A stretch of DNA of 5,237 nucleotides from an archaeon (GTDB taxonomy: Archaea > Iainarchaeota > Iainarchaeia > Iainarchaeales > CSSED10-239), in the NCBI GenBank assembly GCA_035357435.1, contig DAOPNM010000030.1, positions 1 to 5,237 on the forward strand, in the 5' to 3' direction. Below the pieces are notes generated by a model. That model was not told the DNA's origin and searched no databases. It was given only the letters and a program-made list of their open reading frames with translations. Below, in pieces: positions 1 through 4,664 of this stretch; the first letter of the stretch is position 1; each line of letters starts with the position of its first letter. The position numbers and the translations under genes are program-made.

Positions 1-1013
1 CCTGGTCTTCTTAGTGCAGGATCTATATTATCTATTCTGTTTGTTGCACCAATTACAATTATATTTGATTTTGTGCTTAACCCATCCATTGATGCCAACA
101 ATTGTGCAACAACTCTTTTTTCTACTTCAGATGAATGGTCATCCCTTTTTGGAACAATTGCATCAATTTCGTCTATAAAAATGATTGCAGGGTTTTCTTT
201 TGTTGCTTTTAGTGCAGCGTTTTTAAAAATGTCTCTTAATCTTTCTTCTGCTTCTCCAACAAATTTTGCCATGATTTCTGGGGCATCAACACCAATAAAG
301 TTTGCTTTTAGTTCATTAGATAGTGCTTTTGCAAGCAATGTTTTCCCTGTTCCTGGTGGTCCGTACAATAAAACGCCTTTTGGTGGTGTGACATTTAGTT
401 TTTGAAAGAATTCCGCTTTTTTGAAAGGCAATTCTACCATTTCTCTAATTGCTTCTATTTCTTTTTTTAAACCACCAATGTCTTCATAAGCAATCATTTC
501 TTTTGAAGGCATGTTTAATGGTTTTTTGTTTACAATAAAGTTTGTAAATTCTGTTAATAGTACACATCCTGTTGGTTTTGTTTGTGTAATAAGAAATGAA
601 TAATTTGTTCCAAACACATTAATTATAATTGTATTTCCAGCAATAAATGGTCTTCCAAGAAAACTTTTTTTAATAACTAAATCATAGTTTTCAAATAAAA
701 AATTTATTTCTTGTGTGGGTGTTATTATTATTTCTTGTGCTTCTGGTGGTTCTATTTTTGTAATGTTAACAAATTCACCTATTGATACTTCTGCGTTTTG
801 TCTAATATATTGGTCCATTCTTATAATATTCTCTGGAGAGTTAATGTCTTTTTCTGGCCATACTTGTGCAGCTGTTGTTTTTTTTCCAGAGATCATTATG
901 ATGTCTCCGGATACGAGTTGTAGTTTTTGTTTTGTTTTAATGTTTATTGTAACTATGTTTTTTCCAACAAATTCTTCATGTGCTTCTGCAACTTTTAGTT
1001 TTATTGTTTCCAT
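1..1013 (-). CDS. cdc48: CDC48/VAT-type AAA+ ATPase, N-terminal 337 codons (N domain plus most of the D1 ATPase domain); the 3' end runs off the left window edge
   Basis: Absent from the ORF track because there is no stop in the window. Hand translation of the minus strand from ATG at 1013-1011 gives [84 protein letters not shown], which resembles the CDC48/VAT N-domain pattern (LRVAEA..GD.I.I.GK..T.A.VW...IR.D...R.NA.VSIGD.V). About 175 aa in comes [56 protein letters not shown], with Walker A GPPGTGKT at 339-362. Walker [11 protein letters not shown] lies at about 156-185. [19 protein letters not shown] sits at the edge (3-59). The frame stays open over all 337 codons. Confidence 0.9.
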   Translation of the reverse strand, partial: METIKLKVAEAHEEFVGKNIVTINIKTKQKLQLVSGDIIMISGKKTTAAQVWPEKDINSPENIIRMDQYIRQNAEVSIGEFVNITKIEPPEAQEIIITPTQEINFLFENYDLVIKKSFLGRPFIAGNTIIINVFGTNYSFLITQTKPTGCVLLTEFTNFIVNKKPLNMPSKEMIAYEDIGGLKKEIEAIREMVELPFKKAEFFQKLNVTPPKGVLLYGPPGTGKTLLAKALSNELKANFIGVDAPEIMAKFVGEAEERLRDIFKNAALKATKENPAIIFIDEIDAIVPKRDDHSSEVEKRVVAQLLASMDGLSTKSNIIVIGATNRIDNIDPALRRP

Positions 1014-1067
1014 ATGTTTCTTTTTTTTGTTTTTATATATTGATATAAACCAAACAAAATAAAATAC
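1014..1067 (-). promoter_or_regulatory. Compact 54-nt spacer with a T-rich termination-like tract for the upstream gene, then a TATA-like box for cdc48 (probably a leaderless or near-leaderless mRNA)
   Basis: The minus-strand reading is GTATTTTATTTTGTTTGGTTTATATCAATATATAAAAACAAAAAAAAGAAACAT followed by ATG. The oligo-T runs (TTTT, TTTT, TTT, TTT) directly after the NFACT stop resemble archaeal oligo-T terminators. ATATATAAAA (complement of 1031-1040) ends 17 nt before the ATG, a spacing typical of an archaeal TATA-to-TSS distance with little or no 5' UTR. No Shine-Dalgarno-like GGAGG/GGTGA is present. The calls rest on pattern only in a very AT-rich background. Confidence 0.35.
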
Positions 1068-1868
1068 CTATTTTTGTATTTCAAATTCACCAGGTGGTAA
1101 TAATGAAATTATTTCATCAGTAGATATATCAATTCCTTTTTTTAAAAAAAAACTTTGTATATATTTTGCAGTTTCTGTTTTTGTTTTGTTTCCTGGAATT
1201 AATGTTATAGCCTCTGTTTTGTTTTTGTGTGTTATATATGAAAAAGGGCAGGCCATTATTCCTTTTTCTTCGTCATAAACAAAACTCATTTTTAGTTCCA
1301 TTTTTTTATAGTATGTTTTTTTCCCACGAATAATGAATGCACCTTTCCCAACATATTCTCCAGGTTCTGGTGTTTTTGATACTTGTTCTGGTAGTACTGA
1401 GTAAACATCAACTGCATATAATCCAGATTTCCATGCAGAACTATATATTCCTGCAAAATGTGCGGCCTCTTGTTTATCTTCTTCTGGAATTTCTTTTTTT
1501 TCTGGATTTTTTAGTACAACATGTGCTGCACCACTAATGTCTGCATGAAAATATAAATCAGAATCTTCCATATATTTTTTTACAAGTAATTCATTGTTTT
1601 TTGCATCTCTCCCTCCAATTGTAAGATATCCATTGGATGTAAAGAACCATCTAAATTTATGGTACCATTCTTTTTTTTCTTGTTTTTTTTCACTAATTTT
1701 TTCTTGTTTTTTTTCACTAATTTCTTTGTCAAGATTTTCTAGTTGTTGTTTTGTTTTTTGAATAGCTTTTTCTAAACCATTTATTTTTGATTTATATTTG
1801 TTTCTGTTTTGGTATTTTTTTTCAATGTTTTTTCCTGCAGATATGTTGTATTCAATTGTTATTTCCAT
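1068..1868 (-). CDS. NFACT-family (Rqc2/RqcH/FbpA-like) protein, C-terminal half only: distal coiled-coil helix, NFACT-R (DUF814) and a C-terminal domain
   Basis: This is the 266-aa track ORF. The core WYHKFRWFFTSNGYLTIGGRDAKNNELLVKKYMEDSDLYFHADISGAAHVVLKNPE matches the DUF814/NFACT-R signature (F.SS.G..I.vGrn..qNe.L......d.D.wfHa....g.HvvlK). The N-terminus NISAGKNIEKKYQNRNKYKSKINGLEKAIQKTKQQLENLDKEI resembles the NAq.YfkkYkK.K segment of the returning coiled-coil helix in full-length NFACT proteins. Stop is TAG at 1068-1070. Confidence 0.8.
   Translation of the reverse strand: MEITIEYNISAGKNIEKKYQNRNKYKSKINGLEKAIQKTKQQLENLDKEISEKKQEKISEKKQEKKEWYHKFRWFFTSNGYLTIGGRDAKNNELLVKKYMEDSDLYFHADISGAAHVVLKNPEKKEIPEEDKQEAAHFAGIYSSAWKSGLYAVDVYSVLPEQVSKTPEPGEYVGKGAFIIRGKKTYYKKMELKMSFVYDEEKGIMACPFSYITHKNKTEAITLIPGNKTKTETAKYIQSFFLKKGIDISTDEIISLLPPGEFEIQK
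1677..1724 (-). repeat. In-frame 24-bp tandem duplication (2 copies, 23/24 identical) inside the NFACT coiled-coil region
   Basis: On the plus strand, ttcttgttttttttcactaatttt (1677-1700) is followed directly by ttcttgttttttttcactaatttc (1701-1724). This encodes ISEKKQEK twice, within DKEISEKKQEKISEKKQEKKEW. Confidence 0.9.
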
Positions 1869-1870
1869 AT

Positions 1871-2413
1871 TTAATCTTTTATTCCTTTTTCTTCTTTTAA
1901 AAGTTCAATAAGTGTGTCAATTTCATTTCTTTTTTTGTATATGGGCTCTGATAAATAAAAGTTATTTTTTTGTTTTATTGTTTCATATAATGAAGGTGTT
2001 GTTTCATAATATTTTTTTTTAAAATTTATATGATATTCTTCTATATTTTTGCATAAGAAACTTATTGCCAAATTATAGTTCCCTTCACATATTACTTCTG
2101 AAAATGAAAGGATGTTTTTGTCTTTATTTATTGCATCCATTAGTTTATTAAATTCTGTTTTGTCTGATGTGTTTGTTTGAAGGTATGTGTGCACTATAAG
2201 ATTATACCCTACTACCCTTGGATCAAGCAATGGCCTATATCCATTAATTAATTTTTCTTGTTCCATAAATTCTATTGATGATTTTATTGTGGCTCTATGT
2301 AAATTTGTAATTTTTTTTATTTGTTTTATGTTAGGTGCAACTGCCCCTTTTTGCGTCATTGCCGCCAATATTTTTGTTCTTATTGGGTCTTTTAAATCTT
2401 TTATAATGGCCAT
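1871..2413 (-). CDS. Lrp/AsnC-like transcriptional regulator (N-terminal winged HTH, RAM/AsnC-type ligand-sensing domain, ~20-aa charged tail)
   Basis: This is the 180-aa track ORF. The HTH-like segment is DPIRTKILAAMTQKGAVAPNIKQIKKITNLHRATIKSSIEFMEQEKLINGY. The family-typical junction and RAM pattern follow: I.GY....DP..vGY...v...l, then ILSFSEVICEGNYNLAISFLCKNIEEY (compare v.....vtG.yDl......d.ee). GGTGA lies 6 nt upstream of the ATG (minus-strand reading TGGTGAAAAAATG). The TAA stop at 1871-1873 is only 2 nt from the ATG of the NFACT gene, implying co-transcription and translational coupling. Confidence 0.6.
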   Translation of the reverse strand: MAIIKDLKDPIRTKILAAMTQKGAVAPNIKQIKKITNLHRATIKSSIEFMEQEKLINGYRPLLDPRVVGYNLIVHTYLQTNTSDKTEFNKLMDAINKDKNILSFSEVICEGNYNLAISFLCKNIEEYHINFKKKYYETTPSLYETIKQKNNFYLSEPIYKKRNEIDTLIELLKEEKGIKD

Positions 2414-2449
2414 TTTTTCACCATATATTTATACAAAAAAACATATTAT

Positions 2450-2470
2450 AAAGGTAATGATTGTACCTTT
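2450..2470. promoter_or_regulatory. Perfect 7-bp inverted repeat with a 7-nt spacer in the divergent promoter region; candidate operator
   Basis: aaaggta (2450-2456), atgattg (2457-2463), taccttt (2464-2470). It lies 37-57 nt upstream of the Lrp-like ATG (2413) and abuts a TATA-like TATAATATG (complement of 2442-2450). It is one of the few G/C-containing symmetric elements in this 158-nt intergenic region. Confidence 0.3.
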
Positions 2471-2571
2471 TTAGAGTTTTTTTGTTTCTATTTTTTTAAA
2501 AAGAAGGTTTTTTAAAGTGTTTATTTATTATTTATTTGTTTTTTATTTTATAAAGTAAATGGAGGAATAAA

Positions 2572-3015
2572 ATGGATAAAAAAACTGCTGATATTTGGGT
2601 AAAGGTATATGCAATTTTAACATGGATAGGTGTTTTTGCAATGATTTTTTTCGGAATCCTTTTAATAGCTAGTGGTCCAACGATTCAAAATATAGCTGCA
2701 TCTTTAGAATCAGAAATTTCAACAGAGTTGATTGCAGGCACAGCTTTAGCAATGGGAATTGTTCTTTTAATATTTTCTGTGTTTTTCATATTTTTTGCAT
2801 TAGCTCTTTGGAAGCATAAGGAATGGTCAAGAATTGTTGCTATAATTTTCAGTGTAAAAGGCACCTTTGCAATTTTTTCAGGGATAGTTAGTTTGTTTAC
2901 AGTTACAGGGTTATTGACTATTGCAGTTATTGTGGGCTTATTACTAGATTGCTGGTTCTTTTATGTGTTTGCTTTTGATAAAGGAACTAAAGAGTTATTT
3001 ATGAAAAAGAAATGA
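2572..3015 (+). CDS. Small integral membrane protein, about 4 predicted TM helices, unknown function
   Basis: This is the 147-aa track ORF. It has four long hydrophobic stretches: IWVKVYAILTWIGVFAMIFFGILLIASG, LIAGTALAMGIVLLIFSVFFIFFALALW, IVAIIFSVKGTFAIFSGIVSLF and GLLTIAVIVGLLLDCWFFYVFAF. Both termini are basic (MDKK..., ...FMKKK). A canonical GGAGG at 2561-2565 sits 6 nt before the ATG. I recognise no family motif. Confidence 0.6.
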   Translation: MDKKTADIWVKVYAILTWIGVFAMIFFGILLIASGPTIQNIAASLESEISTELIAGTALAMGIVLLIFSVFFIFFALALWKHKEWSRIVAIIFSVKGTFAIFSGIVSLFTVTGLLTIAVIVGLLLDCWFFYVFAFDKGTKELFMKKK

Positions 3016-3055
3016 ATTTCTTCTTTTTCTTTTTATTTTTTTTAATATCTTTTTT
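3016..3055 (+). terminator. Oligo-T rich tract after the membrane-protein gene (archaeal-type terminator candidate)
   Basis: Directly after the TGA stop: atttcttctttttctttttattttttttaatatctttttt, with runs of T5, T5, T8 and T6. Archaeal RNAP terminates at oligo-T tracts. The background is AT-rich, so specificity is limited. Confidence 0.4.
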
Positions 3056-3116
3056 GAAAATAAAAATCATTATATTTAAATTTGTTTCTACACTTTATTA
3101 TATTTTAATGTGCTGG

Positions 3117-3152
3117 TTTTTTTATTAAAAAATCAATTGTTTTAAATAAAAT
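3117..3152 (+). promoter_or_regulatory. Candidate TATA/BRE region for the rpoK-rps17e operon
   Basis: TATA-like ttttttattaaaaaa (3117-3131) and tttaaataaaat (3141-3152) lie about 38 and 17 nt upstream of the ATG at 3163. No clear SD is present. I cannot choose between them without a TSS. Confidence 0.25.
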
Positions 3153-3162
3153 ATGATGTAAC

Positions 3163-3363
3163 ATGGAATTAACAAAATATGAAATTACAAGAATATTGTC
3201 TGCAAGAACAGAACAAATAGCATGTGGTGCACCACCTCTTGTAAAGATTATGAAGAATGATACTTCATATGATCTTGCAAAAAGAGAGCTTGAAGAAAAA
3301 AAGATGCCATTGGCTGTTTTAAGAATAAAAAATGGTAAAAAAGAAATAGTAAGTGTGAGTTAA
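3163..3363 (+). CDS. rpoK: DNA-directed RNA polymerase subunit K (Rpo6; omega/RPB6 homolog)
   Basis: This is the 66-aa track ORF. LTKYEITRILSARTEQIACGAPPLVKI...DLAKRELEEKKMPLAVLR matches the conserved archaeal RpoK pattern (T.fE.ARiiGaRAlQIamGAP.Li......p..iA..E...g.iPl.viR). Confidence 0.85.
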   Translation: MELTKYEITRILSARTEQIACGAPPLVKIMKNDTSYDLAKRELEEKKMPLAVLRIKNGKKEIVSVS

Positions 3364-3630
3364 ATGGGAAAAGCAGTTTCAAATATAACAAAAAGAAAAG
3401 CAGAAGTTATAATTTCTGAATTTAAAGAAGAATTATCTACTGATTTTGAAAAGAATAAAAAGTTTTTGAAAGATATGAAGTTGCCATTGTCTAAATTGAC
3501 AATAAATTTAATGGCAGGTTATATCACAAGAGCAATGAAAAAAGAGATAAAAGAAAAAGAAGCAATACATATAGAAAAAGAAACAGATATTCCAATACAG
3601 AAACCAAAGCAAACAGTTATTTCTCATTAG
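3364..3630 (+). CDS. rps17e: 30S ribosomal protein eS17 (S17e) with a Lys/Glu-rich C-terminal extension
   Basis: This is the 88-aa track ORF. MGKAVSNITKRKAEVIISEFKEELSTDFEKNKKFLKDMKLPLSKLTINLMAGYITRAMKK matches the archaeal S17e pattern (MG.ir...iKR.a..l.e.....ft.dFe.NK..v.......sK.lrNriAGYvTr..k). The ATG abuts the rpoK stop (TAAATG at 3361-3366), indicating one operon. Confidence 0.8.
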   Translation: MGKAVSNITKRKAEVIISEFKEELSTDFEKNKKFLKDMKLPLSKLTINLMAGYITRAMKKEIKEKEAIHIEKETDIPIQKPKQTVISH

Positions 3631-3641
3631 TTTTTTTATTT
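3631..3641 (+). terminator. T7 tract immediately after the rps17e stop, in an 11-nt convergent gap
   Basis: tag|tttttttatttt. The T7 run is at 3631-3637, and a further TTTT runs into the Pelota stop codon (TGA, complement of 3642-3644). Confidence 0.35.
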
Positions 3642-4664
3642 TCAAATTTTATATCTTAATATTCCAATAATTCCGCCAAATGCATTTAATGTTTTGTTAT
3701 TGTCTCTATCTTTATCTACAATATGTATTTTTGTGTTTGTTTTTTCTCCTTTTTTTATGATTTCTTGTATTTTGTCTATGTTTTCTTTCCAAAGATTTTC
3801 AGAGATTAATAAAGATTCAATAGCTCCTGTTTCTATGGTTTTTTCAATTTCTTGTAAGCCATAGATTGCTTTTCCTGTATTTTTTCCAAGTTCTTCTTTA
3901 AATTTATTTAATAGTTCATTTTCCTTAAATTCTATTGATTTCTCAAAAAAGCTTTGTATTTCTTTTTTTGTAAATAGTTCAGATATTGCAGATTTTGAAA
4001 TGTTTTGTATAGGTACACAAATAATTTTTATGGTGTTTATTTTTGATTTAATATGTTCTTCTAGTTTGTTTTTTGTATACCCTGGCCCTGCAATAATTAT
4101 TTCTTTTTCTTTAGATATAAGGTTATATAGTTTTTCAAAATATTCATTTTGTTTATTTTCACTTTTATATCTTTTCCCTGATTTTCCAGAGTATATTTTT
4201 GTAATTTCTGTTATTCCAATGTTTGTTAGTTCGTAGATTGTTGCTTGTTCATCATCTATTGCAATTATTTTTATTTTATGTTGTTGTTTTGATGTGTTTT
4301 GTAATAGTTCTATTTGGTATTGGAATAAATTTTGTTTTTTTAAAATATATTTTTCATTAAGTTCTATTTCAAGTGTATGATATTCTCCTAATGGTGCAAA
4401 TTCTGGTGGGTTCCCTTCAATAATTTTTCCTGTAAATCTGAGTGCATTAAATTGAGAATTATATTCTATTTTTTCTATAATTATTGAAATATATATTGTT
4501 TTTCTATATGTTTCTGATGTGGCCTCTATTCTTTGTCTTCTATAGCTTGTTCCTTTTATTATATCTTTTGGTTCTACAATTGATTTTATTACCCAAAGAT
4601 CTTCTATTGTTTCTGGGATGAATATTATTTCTTTTTCTTTTTTATCAATTTTTATTATTTTCAT
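3642..4664 (-). CDS. pelA: Pelota (archaeal Dom34 homolog; ribosome rescue / no-go decay factor)
   Basis: This is the 340-aa track ORF. The N-terminus MKIIKIDKKEKEIIFIPETIEDLWVIKSIVEPKDIIKGTSYRR fits the Pelota Sm-like domain pattern (MKi.....g.i.l.pE..DDLW.LynlI..gD.v...T.R). LRFTGKIIEG...GEYHTLEIE matches lRi.G.i......G.yHT..ie. The central segment is IAIDDEQATIYELTN...IIIAGPGYTKNKL. The C-terminal eRF1-domain-3-like segment is AIYGLQEIEKTIETGAIESLLISE...FGGIIGILRY. The length is typical for aPelota. Confidence 0.9.
   Translation of the reverse strand: MKIIKIDKKEKEIIFIPETIEDLWVIKSIVEPKDIIKGTSYRRQRIEATSETYRKTIYISIIIEKIEYNSQFNALRFTGKIIEGNPPEFAPLGEYHTLEIELNEKYILKKQNLFQYQIELLQNTSKQQHKIKIIAIDDEQATIYELTNIGITEITKIYSGKSGKRYKSENKQNEYFEKLYNLISKEKEIIIAGPGYTKNKLEEHIKSKINTIKIICVPIQNISKSAISELFTKKEIQSFFEKSIEFKENELLNKFKEELGKNTGKAIYGLQEIEKTIETGAIESLLISENLWKENIDKIQEIIKKGEKTNTKIHIVDKDRDNNKTLNAFGGIIGILRYKI

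Noticed and set aside
73-405. Plus-strand 110-aa track ORF (GTG start)
   Set aside because: It lies entirely antisense to the CDC48 D1 domain, whose minus-strand translation carries unmistakable Walker A/B motifs. The plus-strand product is low-complexity Ser/Phe/Ala-rich with no motif, so it is a shadow ORF.
1-1013. Alternative call of the AAA+ ATPase as proteasome-activating nucleotidase (PAN)
   Set aside because: PAN has an N-terminal coiled coil plus an OB domain of about 100-150 aa. Here the 175-aa N region matches the CDC48/VAT N domain (LKVAEA...GD.I.ISGKK.TAAQVWP...IRMD...[10 protein letters not shown]). The second ATPase domain (D2) that would settle this lies outside the window.
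715-1062. Plus-strand 115-aa track ORF
   Set aside because: It is antisense to the CDC48 N domain and runs through the cdc48 start codon and promoter spacer. The product is a hydrophobic Phe/Ser/Ile-rich artefact of reading a Lys/Glu/Asn-rich gene backwards.
1337-1537. Plus-strand 66-aa track ORF
   Set aside because: It is antisense to the conserved NFACT-R core and has no recognisable features, so it is a shadow ORF.
1068-2413. The Lrp-like ORF and the NFACT-R ORF as one frameshifted or pseudogenised full-length NFACT gene
   Set aside because: The upstream ORF is an intact wHTH+RAM-type protein with no resemblance to NFACT-N/HhH. The two ORFs are in different frames with a clean stop-2 nt-start junction. 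There are no remnants of an NFACT N-half.
2187-2474. Plus-strand 95-aa track ORF
   Set aside because: It is antisense to the HTH region of the Lrp-like gene and spills into the promoter region. It has no SD or promoter of its own, so it is a shadow ORF.
3030-3066. Hairpin tttttatttt (3030-3039) / aaaataaaaa (3057-3066) downstream of the membrane-protein gene
   Set aside because: The stem is all A/U with a 17-nt loop, which is thermodynamically negligible and expected by chance in this composition. The oligo-T runs alone are the more plausible termination signal.
3016-3162. Possible small RNA or tRNA in the largest plus-strand intergenic spacer (and likewise in 2414-2571)
   Set aside because: Both spacers are almost pure A/T. 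They have no G/C-rich stems, no tRNA-like cloverleaf segments, no C/D-box (RUGAUGA...CUGA) pair in proper arrangement and no repeat-spacer periodicity. They are best explained as promoter/terminator DNA.
4000-4236. Plus-strand 78-aa track ORF
   Set aside because: It is antisense to the central domain of Pelota. It is Phe/Ile/Ser-rich, so it is a shadow ORF.
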